64,000 nucleotides of DNA from Tilletiaria anomala UBC 951. Taxonomy: Eukaryota. The translations under genes were made by a program, and so were the position numbers. The stretch's first letter is position 1. Every line of letters starts with the position of its first letter. The notes under the pieces are model-generated. The model had not been told where the DNA came from. It saw only the letters and a program-made list of their open reading frames with translations, and did not search any database. The DNA is taken from NCBI RefSeq assembly GCF_000711695.1, contig NW_013547015.1, positions 62,001 to 126,000 on the forward strand. Reading direction: 5' to 3'. Below are positions 51,523 through 64,000 of the stretch, one piece after another.

Positions 51523-53322
51523 GAATATCCTTGCCGCGGCGGGTTGCCGGATCGAAAGGACGTTGCTAGACGTGATCTGGCGGGAGGGGTGCCTCCCGCT
51601 GCCGCAATCGTGCACCTTTCGTAGGCTCCCTTGCAATAGATGATTGGCGAGGTCTACACCAAGCGAACCGAGGTAGCTTTCGGCCCTTGTCCATGCGCAT
51701 GTTTGTGGACGTACAACGTCACAAATGGTCATTTTCCATCACATACGCATACTAGTATATATGGAGCTGCTGCACACGGGCCAAACGTGGCCGCTGAGCC
51801 GCCCAGCTGCCGTGGGGGGGGAGGCACTTGACGAGTGTCGTATCGTGATATCTGTCGCCCCCTTGCCTTTGTCCGCACAATCTCGATGTAACTCCCGCTG
51901 CGACGCGTCGCGCTCTTTCTTTCCAGCGAAAAGCGACCAAAAAGAAAGAATGTGAGAGAGCCGTGTGATGAGCGCTTCGTTGGATGCCTACTGCTTTGAA
52001 CTCATCGCGCTGCTCGCAACCGCGTCGGCTTGCTCGCACTGCTCATCGATATGTTTTAGCCATTCGGGGGTTAGAGGACAGCCTCCGACGACTTTCAAGC
52101 TGGCGCAGCGAAAAGGGAGCGGCAAACCTGGGGTATAAATGACGCGAGTTGTGCGAGAGCGACTGCAGAAGAGGCCAGATCGGACGTCGCGCTGTGGCCC
52201 GTGAGCGGGCCGGCACGCGATGAAGACGAGGAAGATGCGAATGCCGCATCGAGCCTGCGTGAAGAGAGGCGAAGCGATGATTATAGAACACGGTAATTCT
52301 ATCGAGATGATGCGCTGCCTTGCAGCCCGCTATCCTGATTCTGGCCGCACACCGAACGATGCCGCGACACCCCAAAGTGGTACCATTACTAATCTCCGTG
52401 CAACGCCCAGTTATGCAGCATGCAGGTTCAAGCCTTCATGCCCTCCCAAGTTTCAAGGGCGATGATAAAGCGCAAGCAACGACGCCAAAACAGTTCTTTT
52501 GGGACACACGACATCGAAGCCCTGCTCAGCTCAGCATCCGATGTCAAGCAAAATTGGCTTGTCGCCTCTTCGCTCCCTTGCCAAGCGGGTCCCTGCGGAT
52601 TTGCGAATTGATTAGTGTTCCCGTCGTTCCTTCTACAAGCACCACAGGTATATCCTTTTTCCCCGTCTACATCTCCACAAGTGTCCTCAAGAAATCAATC
52701 TCTCCGCAACAAACTTTGCGCGGCTTACATATTGTTGACTAAGCACGTGGGCAACTCGGGCAGTCAGACTTGCCCTGTAATGAGAAGCGTCTAACGTTGT
52801 GCCTGTGGCTGGTGGGCTTCCGAACATGTCAGAAGAAGGTGGTAGCGGCTTGTACCAGAGCGGCGGAGTGGGGGTTGCTGGGCTGCGCGAGTGAAAAAGG
52901 AGACATCGACCATCCATGCTCGCTCTCACGCACGGCCGAGTTTGCCAGCTTGCAGCCATCCTTCTTTGCCATGTCTCTTCGTCCTTTCTCTATAAAGACG
53001 TATCCTTTCCTTGCCCTCACCCTTTCTTTCAGTACTTTCATCTCTTACTTTGTCAAGCCCAACGCCGCGTCCCTGGCAGTTGTGTCAGCGCCGTCTTCTC
53101 ATCGTCTTCCTCCTTCTTTCCTCTTCTACTCCCTCGCGAGCGCCTGCCTGTCTCTGTCTCTGACCAGCACGCCATATCTTGAAGACTGCCTTGCCCACAA
53201 CATTAGAAGATAGAAAGACTCATCCCAGCATAGCAGCGCTCCCACAACGTAAATCTCCTCCTTTCTCCTCTCGTTGTGCGCGCACACACTCTCAGTAGTA
53301 ATATACTTTGTCAACTTTCAAG

Positions 53323-56099
53323 ATGCAACAGAACACCAGTCATCATCGTTCTCAAGCTGCTGACGATGATGGACGCCAAATTGGCCCCATGCGTACTCCG
53401 TTGGCTCAGCAGCAGGACTTGGCACCTGATTCAGCCATGTCGCAGACACAAGAGCTTCCACCGCCCGGTACCCAAGCTTTCAAGCTGTCTGGCCTGGCCA
53501 GCATTCCCCCGCTGAGCCTGCCGCATCCTTCGAGCCTGCAGCAGCACATTAGAAGCAAGACCGAGCAGCCGTCCGCTTCGCCACCACAGCATCACCTTGT
53601 TCACGACCCTTTTGGCTTCAATCGCAACCGCCACGTGGCCGCGGGTGCTGGCGGTATCAGCAGCAGCGACGGTGGTATACAGCCAGCACCTGACGTCTTC
53701 TCTCAGCGTCCGCCGCACAGCGACCCTGCATACGACATTCGCATGGGTATAGGAGGCCCTCTGGATGACACGGGCATCTCATCGCCATGCGACACGGTCC
53801 CGCCTCATGCTAGATCGCAGACTGCAGCCACGGATGAGGCAGCGCTCAGCTATGGTATTTCTGACGGCCGCACAGCATACAGCCAGCGTCTGCATGAGCC
53901 CCAGGTCGGCGCGTCATCCCTTCAGTCGGGTTTCACGGTATCTATATTTCCAAGAACAGCTTCCGTCGAGCCTAGAGAACTGAATCGTAACACACAAGGC
54001 GCCCATGTCGGCGAGCACAGCGTCCTGCCAGTGTCTGTTTCTGCTGCTGTTGGGAGTGCTCTCCGCCTGCACGATCATAGCACTGACGCATCTCAGCACG
54101 GTGGCTCTGGCCTTGGCACTGCTGGACTCGGCACAGGCTGGACCTCCTTCGACACCAGCGGTGCAAAACAGGCCGAGGCCTCCACCAGCGGTACCCTCGT
54201 CTCAAGCATCGATTTGGATGAACAGATGCGCAAAGATGAGAGCAGAATTTTTCACTCGACGCCTCCAGGACCCACGCGTGCCGAGATGCTCAGGTACAAC
54301 CCGCCCATTGCGTCGACTCCGCTGAGTGGCAAAGTCATGCGCATGAACCCTCACGTCCGGCAATCGACCAACAGCACTGTATCCCTTGGCTCGGACTCGG
54401 ACAGCGTGCAGCAAGCCCAGGTGAGCGGGTCCCTACCGTGCGCCAATCCTGGAAATTAATTCTGATTGACATGAGAACCCCCAACAGGCGGAGTTCGACC
54501 TGCGCAAAGAGAATTCAGAGCTGCGCTCCCTCGTCGGCAAAATTGCAGCGCAGCTTGACTATGCCCATGCGCAACTTCATGTCGCGAACGAACAGATTCA
54601 GCGTCAACACCCTATTCAAGGAACTTCGAGAGACTCTGCGAGCCTGTCGCAAGGCGGCGGACCGAGACCCGTTCCGATGATCAATCCTGCTTTGCATGCT
54701 GCTCTTATGCAGGGTGGACAGCCGTTTCTGCCTGTTTCGTCTGCCAACGCTGCCGCCACGGCTGGAACACCGCCGAACGCGCAGCAGCTGTCTGTCGTAA
54801 GTCACACTTCGCTGCTGCATTCTTCTGCCCCGTCCAAGCAATCGCCGGCACTCCTGTTTCGTCCTACCTTCAACACACCTGCTCAAGAAATTAGCTCGGC
54901 CACAACCCCACCGAGAATCGCGGCTCCTGCAGCGACCAGCAGGTCTGGTGCGGACAGATGGGCTGCGCTGAAGGAGGACGGTCCGATCAGAAGACGAGAT
55001 ACAGAAACGTCAGCGGAGACTCTGATCGCCCAGGTTCTCTCTGGCCGCAATGGACAAGATACGTCGATATTTCTTCAGCAGCAGCTCAAAAACTGCACAG
55101 ACGAACGCAAGAAGGCTATCGTCAAGGCGATGAAGCCCGTACTCATCGCTCTGTGCGAGGACAAGCACGGCAACTTTCTGGTCCAGCGTGCGATTGGAGT
55201 CGACGCATCCCTCGCTTGGGACCTCAAGGAGAGATTTGTCGACCTGGCGCTGTCGCAATTTGGTTGTCACGTGGTGCAGCGAGTGCTTGACGAGGAAGAA
55301 CCCATTAAAATGGCGGTAGTTGAAGCATTGCTTTCGGACCGTCTCATGGACACGCTCGCAGCTCGTAGCTCGGTGCACATCTGGCAGAAGGCACTGGAGA
55401 TCACCTGGACCCAAGCCTCATTCCGCGCCAAGATCTTCCAAGTCCTTAACGATAGTCTTCGTGCGAAGTGGGCCCTAACAGCCATGCAGGAGACTGGGAG
55501 CATTATCTGCCAAAACATTTTCGAGAGCGCCGATGCCAGCGAGAAGGGAGAGTGCATCCGGGAGATTCTCGAGCGTATCCCCGACTGCGCCAACAACCAG
55601 TGGGGTGTCTGGGTCGTGCAGCATATGATCGATCACGGTGAACCAGAGACCCGGCAGACCGTTTTTCAGCGGCTACTCGAGCAAGCGGTGCAGCTCACGC
55701 TCTCGCAGTATGGCCAGAAGGCGATCATGACAGCTCTCAAGACGAACGATCCTGCGTTCATGGTGCCTTATGTCGATATCCTGTGCAACAGAGACGGAGG
55801 CGGCCAGGCGTCCGGCACGTCGAGCCGCCGCTCGGTCTTGATCGACATTGCCTGCGTCCCGCAGGGATTCAACATTGTCACACAGCTGCTCACCAACGTC
55901 GACATGGAGCAGCGCGAGCGCATCGTCTCCACCGTGCGTCGCAACTCGGTCTTCCTGAAAGGCAGCAAGGCAGGCTTACGCGTGCATACATTGTGTGGTG
56001 AGTTTCCGTCGTTTCCACGCTGGCTTTTGAGTTAAGTTTGGCTACTGACGAAGTTGTCACGGTTGCACAGAACGTGCTCGCGCTTACAGCGGATATTGA
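53323..56099 (+). CDS. Pumilio/PUF-repeat RNA-binding protein
   Basis: PUF repeats (DKHGNFLVQR, SQFGCHVVQR, NQWGVWVVQH, SQYGQKAI) after a long disordered N-terminus. Introns 54421-54487 and 55998-56070. Confidence 0.85.
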
Positions 56100-56233
56100 G
56101 GGGGATGTACTTTTGGCTCATCCTGAATTTCTGTATGCATGAAAGCAGCAACCACAGGTCTGTTTATGTACGAAACGGTACGTGGCAATTGTCGCGCACG
56201 CCTAGATCATGTCTCCGCTCGCAAGTTACCAGA

Positions 56234-57231
56234 TCATTTGTTCGGTTTGAAGGCAATTACACTGTCCTGCCCGAATTCACGCGTGCAGTGATGGATAAGG
56301 TCGTGTAACCCGATGCCTTCGTACCCGACTCCCTCCTTTCCCAGCATGGTCTTGCCGATGGTGACCACTAATGCGTCCACTTGCACTGTCAGCATCGCAT
56401 GTGCCTGTAGCAAGCTGCTGATGACTTCGGAACCGCCTTCGATCATAACAGAGCGGATTCCGTGCTCGTACAACGTCTTCAGCACGGAGGGCCAATCTCT
56501 TGTTGATGCACCTGCAGGCACGTCAGCTACAGTGGCTCCAGCAGCTTGCAAAGCGAGTCTCCGTTCGTGCTCCTGTGAGTCGACTGAGGCATCCGCGGCA
56601 CGGCACACGATCAAAGGTGCCTTCCCTTGGCCAGTTTGAGCATTGCGGATGACCTTACAGTCGGGAGGCGTGCGGCATGTGCTATCTAGAACGATGGGTC
56701 TGGGAAGGCCATCCAAAGCAGGTGGGCTGGCAAGCTGCCGTGCTGAGGAGACGCAGAGATGAGTGCCGGCCAGCTTCACCACGCCGAGTGGTATTGGCTT
56801 ACCATTCAATTGTGGATTATCATTGAGCAGGGTACCAATACCGACAAGAATCCCGTCGTGCATTGCCCGCATCCTGCAGTATACAAAGTACAAGTGCACC
56901 GAGGGGTCAGCCATTCGAGCTCGGGTGAAGCGAGATACGCGCACCACCCTAACACATGAGTCATCTTGAGGCTCTCTTTTCCGCTAATGGCCACCTGTTT
57001 TCCATGTTCGCCCGCGATCTTGCCGTCGAGCGACTGGGCAAACGTGAGCGTCACCCGTGGTCGATCCGCGGTGGTTGCCGGCGACGGCGCATGGCTAAAC
57101 AGTTCCTCGAGAAAGAGCCGCGCATCTTGCTCGACTGCGTCCATTCCACTGTTTAGCAATGGCCATGTCATCGACACGGGACTGCTGCTCCTGCTAGCAG
57201 ATCCTCCTTCTGCCTGCGCATCACTGCCCAT
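56234..57231 (-). CDS. RIB7: riboflavin-pathway pyrimidine reductase (RibD C-terminal domain)
   Basis: PRVTLTFAQSLDGKIA, MRAMHDGILVGIGTLLNDNPQLN, PRPIVLDS, SVMIEGGSEVI. Two short introns. Confidence 0.9.
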
Positions 57232-57640
57232 GAGCAAGTGCGATCCGTGGAGCTATGAAAGCGAGAGCGTCACTTCCGATAAGTTCGAAGGCTGGTGAGC
57301 ATTATTTCATTTCTTTCTTCGTTCTTTCTTTTTCGTTGCGCCGCCTCGCGTCGCGTTTCGAGGACCACATTTGCCAGGGAGTTTGGAGAGTGCAACATCA
57401 AGGTCCGAAATACATGGATTGCGGCATTCCAATGTCCATAGCTTGAGTACTGACCCCATGCGGACCAGACTCACGTTGGCCTGCATTACAATCGAGCAGA
57501 TTGTGAATAAGCGTGCCACTCTGAGCCCGGGATTATGCTGAATGCCAAGTTCGCCAAACGCCAACTCTACTGGTCAAAAGAGCTGCCGTAGTCTGCAACA
57601 AGTGCGTGAAGGCTGCCGAGCTCCTTAGGCGCCCATCAAG

Positions 57641-60600
57641 ATGACAGCTCCATCGACAGGCCTCATCGAAGGCCTTCGAGTCGAAATTGCCAGCCTGGGC
57701 ATCGGAACTGTGATGTTCAACGGCAAGACGGGCTTCTCAATAGGCAGTTGGGTCGGGATCTGCTTGGACGAACCGAACGGCAAGAATGATGGCTCGGTCC
57801 ACGGGAGAGTCTATTTCGATGCGCCGCCAAACCATGGTGTCTTCGTACGGCCAAGTCAGGTGCACGTGCTACCCGACGATATGCAGAATCCTCGGCCTCC
57901 AAGCAGTTTCGGGGATGCAGCGTCGGAACACGAAATTGACCTCGAACAAATTCAAGTCGGATGTAGCAAAGAAGGCGATTTGCTACGGGAAAGCCCTCCG
58001 CCGCCAGCTACCCCCCGAGGCCCCATGCAAACTGCCACAAACTCATTGCGATCGCTCAGCCGACAGGCCAGTGCCCCTCGCAGGAGCGTCAGTCCGACAA
58101 AGACCTCCGCACCTGTGAGCTGATCGTAAGAAGCGGACCTCATCGGCGCACAAGTGGAAATTGACATGCTTCCGTGCTCACAGTCCAAGGCGTTGATGAC
58201 TCCTGGTCTGCGACCGAGAGGCTCAATAGCTTCGGGGTCTTCCGCGCCGACTACTAGGCCTCCTTCGACAGCTCCAAGGATCGCTTCTCCTATCAACTTA
58301 TCCGCTGCCCGCTCATCGGTCACGACACCCGTCTCACGCCTAGCTCCCGGTGGTCGCCGATCGCCCACAAAGCCAAGCACGGGTCGTCCCACGCCATCAT
58401 CCCGACCGATGTCGGCTCTTTCTTCAGGCGCGAGGCCGTCATCTGCATCCTCGTTCTCAGCTGCCCGAGGAGCGACGTCTGTGTCCACGCCTGCTTCCAG
58501 GACCGCGACCCGGCCCGCAGGGGTCACAACAGCCGGTGCAACCAAAGCTACACCAAGTACGTCAGTGGCAGCACGCTTGCGAGCGACACAACCAGCAGCA
58601 CCGGCGACAACAAATGCAGCGCGTGCAGCACTTCGCCCTGTTCCGACTGCGCGACCTTCCATGCGACCCGTCCCCGCCGTTGGTGTTACATCCAGAGCAA
58701 TTGACGGCGAGAAGAGTACTGCAAGATCCAAGCCTCGCGCTGCGCCGCAGTCCCGTCCCCCACTATCAGCCCCACTGCCCAGCGCACGCAGCGCTGTGTC
58801 TGCTGACAGAGAGTCAGAGTCCGACTTTGGCATGGCATCACCAAGTCTGCGAAAAGCTGCCGCCCTGCGAGCCGCATCGAGGCAAAGCTATGTCGATGGC
58901 GACTTGCTCTCAGATCACGTTCGCTTAGAGGATGCAGAGGACTTAATGGACGGGTCAGTCCAGGATGACGAACAGTTTAGGCGAGATTCGATGGATGCAG
59001 ATGCAGAGCTCGACGGTGATGACACACTGGGGCTGCTCTCGACAAGCGAGCGAGCCGATTTCACTTCTTTAGAAAGCAGACAGCGACAACTTCGAATGCT
59101 AGCAGATTCTGGTATGCAGAAGGAGCTGACGGATCTGCGTAAGAAGGTCACCCTACTGGAGAGGCAGAGGGAAGATGATCGAGAGAAAATGAAGGAGCTG
59201 AAACAGTACAAGGAAGATGCGGACAAATTCTTGTCACAAAAGCCGAAGATGACAGGTGCGCTCACTCACGCGCTGGGTACCAGCAGTATTGATCAACTAA
59301 TGTCCCTCTGCCCTTTACAGAACGCTTGCAGGACCTGGATCAGGATCTCCGCAACTACGAAAAAATGGAGAAGGAGTGGCTTGCTCAAAAAGATTCGTAC
59401 GAATTGCAAATCCAGGATTTGCAAGAACAACTCGAGATGTCGACCCTGGACAAGGAGATGGCCGAAGAGAGAGCTGATGCTGCAGCTGAGGAGCTAGCGC
59501 TAGAGAAAGAGCGCGCAGATGAGCTGCAGATCGATCTGGAAGTTCTGCAGGAGCAACAAGCTGCAGCAGCAGCACCTGAGCTTGCCGAGCCAAGAGCTGA
59601 GGGAGAGGAGCGCGACGAGTCTGAAAAGCCATCGGCCACCATCATTCAACTGGAGAGGCAGAACGAACGACTCAAAGAGGCTTTGGTTCGCTTCCGTGAT
59701 ATCACCAACGAGAGTGACACAGTGCAAAAGCGCAAGATCGCAGAAATGGACAAGGAGCTGGCGGCGCTTTCGAATATTCAAGCTCAATATGAGACTGCTT
59801 CAGCACGTCTTGCTGATTCAGAAACTCTGATTGAGGATCTCAAGTTGCAGCTTGATGACGCGTTGCATGCAGAGGAGATGCTGGAGGAACTCACAGAGCG
59901 AAACCTCAGCTTAAGCGAAAAAGTAGAAGCAATGAGGGCCATCATTGAAGACTTGGACGCTCTGAAGGAGCTCAATGACGAGCTTGAAGAGACACACATC
60001 GAGACCGAAAAGCAGCTGCAAGAGGAAGTTGACCTGAAAGACATGCAGCTGCGCGAGCAGCGCGTTCGCAACGACACTCTGAATGCCAACATTGCTGATT
60101 ACGAGACGACCTTTGGCCAGTTCCGCGAGCTTATCCTGAACTTACAAAGCGACCTGGAGACCCTGCGGACTGAACGAGCACAGGTCAGGGACAGAGATGA
60201 GCAAGGTGCTGGTGGCGACCTCAACAGTCAGAGCCAGGCAATGCTCAATCTCAACATGAAGCTGCAATCGTCAGTCTTAAAGTCGCAAGCAAAGACAATC
60301 GATCTCGAGCTTGGCAAGCTGGCCGCATCGCAAGCTCAAACGAATTTGGACATTATTAGGCCCTACTTGCCGAGCATTTTCTTCGAGCAGGACGCAGATG
60401 CAGTGAACTCTCTGCTCTTCTTCAAACGCATCGGGCACAAAGCCGACGTCATCAAAGTCGTCGTCGAGACGAGTCATGACATTCAAAACCAGCTAGCTAG
60501 CGGTGCATCAGAATCTCTGATCGCCGTGTGCCAGATGCGTCATTCGCTCGCGCACTTCTCGGCGCTTTCGAAACAGATCGCTGCCATGATCGGTCAAGGG

Positions 60601-62354
60601 ACGACGGAGACGTTCCTCAAAGCAGGGCGAATGTTCAGAGAGTTGCTGTCGATCGAGAAGCGCGTCGACATGTACATCGACGCACTGCGCAAGGAGGAGC
60701 TCAAGGAAACAGAGTGCGCGTCCGACTTTCAGCGCTTCATCCATCAGCTCGAAGAATTCTCCTTTACTGTCAGCGAAGATGCTGGCGACGCAGACCTGTC
60801 AGCGAAAGAAGTCGGCAGTGCCACTCTCTTTGAGCACGATCTGGACACGCTCTACGCCGCGCTAGGCTTCACGAAGCAGACTCTAGCAGCCCTGCACGTC
60901 GATGCCAGTATTGAATGGGAGCTGGGCGGCAAGACAGCTGACGACGCGATCTTCACACCACTTCAAACACTCATTGACAATTTGAAGGCTGCCAAGGTGC
61001 CAGCACGAAAGCTCTTGCGGCGCCTCGAAGTCCTATATTCCAGTAACGAAGCTGTCAAGATGGAAGCTATAATGGCGCTGCCTGGTTTGGGCCACACCAG
61101 CTCTCAGCTTGTGACGTTTGCCTCCCAATTGGCGGTCAAGTCGAATGCCTATGTTCACGAGGTCCGCACCGCCAAGATGCCTTTCATGCTGTCGACCTTC
61201 TTGCGCTTGGTATCCGACGCGACCAGTGAAGGCTTGTCCATGAGTGACCATGAGCCATGGGAGACTTCTTTGACCTGGACTGTTCAGCTGGCCAGCAAGG
61301 TCTCCTCCCTCTTGAGCACAGCTTTGGAACATGAGAACACTATCTCAAGTGAGTACTCTCGTCCGCTGGATGAAGGCGTCATCATCTGATTAATCTTTTC
61401 TGCCTGTCAGTTGTCGGTGACGGACCATGGATCGCGCGTGTTCTACAGGTCAAGGCCGACGCGTCGCGCAACCTTGACGTGGAGCGGCAGGTCGCAAAGC
61501 TGCAGGATGAGGCCAGAGATCTGTATCGTGAAATCAGGTCACGAGACGAACGCTTGCAGGAGGAAGCCATCAAGGTCGAAAGACTTGGTCGTCAGCTGAA
61601 GGCAAGTAAGGAACAGGCTGATCAGATCCTCAGTTTGCGCCATGACCTTGGGGAGACGCAGAAACAGTCCAAGGCCTATCAAGAGGCCAACGAGACGATG
61701 CAAGGCGACATTGACAATCTGGAGAAGCTTGTACAACGACTGCAGAAGCAGCTGCCTTCCGCACAGGCAGAACAGACCGAAGCCGGAAACGCCAGCAACC
61801 GCATTGAGGACATGCCGAACCTTGCCGGAGCCAACTACGAAACAGCATATCTTGTGGATCAATTGAAGTCACTTCGCGGAGCTGTCAAGTACCTCGTCGG
61901 CGAGAACGCCTATTTGAAGAGTGTAGATTTGCTGCGCGAGTTTGCGTTACTTCCGCCGCTGAACTCAGTAGCTTCAGAAGTGCAAGAGGAAAGCGCAGCT
62001 TCCCGAAGGAAGGAAAATGGTGTGCCAGTACCCTTAGATGCGGGTGACAACGACATCCCCGATCTGCACTCAGCCTTACTCAGGGTTAAGGCGCTTCGCA
62101 GCAAAGCGCTCCACATGGCGGCCTCACCGAAACTCACTGACATTTCCTTCAGAACGGCGTCGAACGAAAGCGCCGCGCCGAAGAAATGGACGCCAGCCGC
62201 ACTTTCGCCCGCACATCAATATGCCGCACAAAGGCGAGCCATGCTACAGGTGCAAAGGGATGTGCAGAAGCTTAACGACAAAGTGAAGCGTCGCTGGGTC
62301 ACACCGCGCGCGCATTCGATGGAGCACACCCTTCTGCTCGGCGGGTTTGCATAA
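57641..62354 (+). CDS. DCTN1: dynactin subunit p150Glued
   Basis: N-terminal CAP-Gly (WVGICLDEPNGKNDGSVHGRVYF), a basic Ser/Pro/Arg region and long coiled coils (LEMSTLDKEMAEE, QNERLKEALVRFRD). Introns 58115-58183, 59256-59320, 61349-61410. Confidence 0.93.
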
Positions 62355-62410
62355 GGACGTTGTCATGAGATTGAGACACACCTGTACCATACACATTACA
62401 ATATGCTACA

Positions 62411-64000
62411 TTATTGCACATGTCGCGCGCGGCTTTCGCCAAAGATGAGAACAACGAATCCGCAACCGATGAAGATGCAGCCGATCAGAGAAAGTACCTT
62501 GAGCTGTCTACCAAGAAGAACGTCCGCGATCTCCACAAGTACCGTTGTCAAGAGGCAAGACACGGAAGCCAACACCGGTCCCCAAATGCTCAAGAGGATC
62601 ATAAAGCAGGCATTGAAGAAGACCCCGCAGATGGCAACAATAGCTAGAGAAGCTACGGTCGCAAAATTGTAAGGCCATTCGAAGGGCTCCCAACCCGCAA
62701 AGTGCGCAATGACCACGCCCAGCCATAACGATAGGGCTGTTACGAGGCCGATGCCGCTGGTCATGATGTTAGAATGCATGCCCCATGGAAGCGGAGGTGG
62801 CACGTCGTCGAGCAGACGTTTTCGGCCATTCGTGTGCATGGGCGTGGAAAACGCCGAATGTTGTTTTAATCGAGTGCGTGAGCTCGTCCGCGAAAGCCGG
62901 GTCGTGCCGCCGGTCGAGAGCTGGGCTAATTCTGCTTCATCCAACTCGCTCTCTGATTCAGAGGAAAAGTCATCGGCTTCGCGCGAATATGTAGTCGGAC
63001 CACTGCTGTTCTTGTTGCTTCCGGCCTGCTTGGCCTGCTTCTCTGTGTCCTCGTCGCCGTCGAACGATGATCGGCTTGAGGTGGAACGTGATTGCGATGG
63101 CGACGTTCCCGTCGCCTGGTAATTGGTGTCTCCGCTGAGAGCATTGCCTTCGGCTTGATCTTCATGCCGGCTCAATCCATCTGCGGCGTTGACAGGGCGG
63201 TACTCGATGGAGCTTTGGTGGCCGCGGCTTCTCCGGTGGCCGCCGGCAAGTGCGCCGCCCTTGCCATAAAGTTGAAGTTGTAGCTCTTCGTCTGGCAGCG
63301 TACCGACGAGCTTAAAAACAATCTCGTAGAGACCCATAGTAACAGCGCCGAGCAGAGCGAGCATGTCGCCAACGAAAGGATGTGGGAGCTCCGCAACAGC
63401 GGCTGTGTCTGGCTTTCCTTTCACTGGGTCCAAGAGTCGAGGCGCCTTCTTGTGCTCTGCGCCACCGTATGACACAACAATGACGCCCCCAACGGCGAGC
63501 AAGACAGAGACGACTTTGTACTGGACAGAAGATAAATGTGAATATGCGTGGTCTGGAATCAGTGATTGACCAAGTGGTCAAACTCACTGCTTGCCAGCGG
63601 TCGCCAAGGAACCATACACTAAAGACAAGTGCCGAGACCGCAAAACAATTGTACAAGGCAGTAATATCTGCCATGCTCGTCAGGGGTACAGCGGCGTACC
63701 TGTGCCGCATCGAAAGCGTCAATACACCATTGAATATGCCTTCGTCTCCGCGATACTTACCAGCTGAGTGCGGGGACGGTAATGCCGATCGTCAACAGCG
63801 CCAGGATAGACAAAATCCTGAATGCATCGAACCCGCACCATCCATTGAAAGAGCTCCTGATGCGCCATAGGGTGCTTTCAGCAACCACTTCGTGCTGTAT
63901 TGGCGAAGGTAGCGAGAGCCCACTGTCCTCTTGGCCTCCCTGCAGCAGAGAGCTGCGAATCGTGCGGGACTCTGTCTGCCATCTCAGATTCTCTACGATC
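62411..64000 (-). CDS. EamA/SLC35F-like drug-metabolite transporter, 5'-partial
   Basis: Multi-TM with DITALYNCFAVSALVFSVWFL, GDMLALLGAVTMGLYE and WGPVLASVSCLLT. At least two introns; continues beyond the window. Confidence 0.78.

Noticed and set aside
52770..53213. Hydrophobic 147-aa ORF upstream of the PUF gene
   Set aside because: Non-ATG start; the Phe/Ser/Leu bias comes from a CT-rich promoter or leader.

Overview
Gene-dense eukaryotic DNA with short GT-AG introns (mostly 55-90 nt, CTRAY-type branch points). It is most consistent with a basidiomycete fungus, probably Ustilaginomycotina; this is inferred from gene content and intron style. It holds about 22 spliced genes, mostly housekeeping: PHO81-like (5'-partial), CCH1 Ca2+ channel, a RING E3 ligase, a GH5 glucanase, PDA1, NUC1, RRP17, a possible Spd1-like RNR inhibitor, a CaMK, mitochondrial seryl-tRNA synthetase, ERG1, ALG3, TFB3, SER1, a VTT/TVP38 protein, a Pumilio protein, RIB7, dynactin p150 and an EamA-type transporter (partial). 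I could not support any rRNA, tRNA, CRISPR array or intact mobile element. Best leads: (1) mitochondrial SerRS is fused in one frame to a FLILHELTA/Mrx11-type membrane protein through a presequence-like linker (candidate MPP-cleaved polyprotein), and the gene is completed by a GC-AG intron; (2) a decayed gene for a secreted Cys-rich-repeat plus CBM-like protein at about 20.2-21.5 kb that the ORF track only fragments; (3) an unexplained structured or spliced element at about 31.1-31.6 kb. All exon boundaries and family calls were read by eye, with no database searches.
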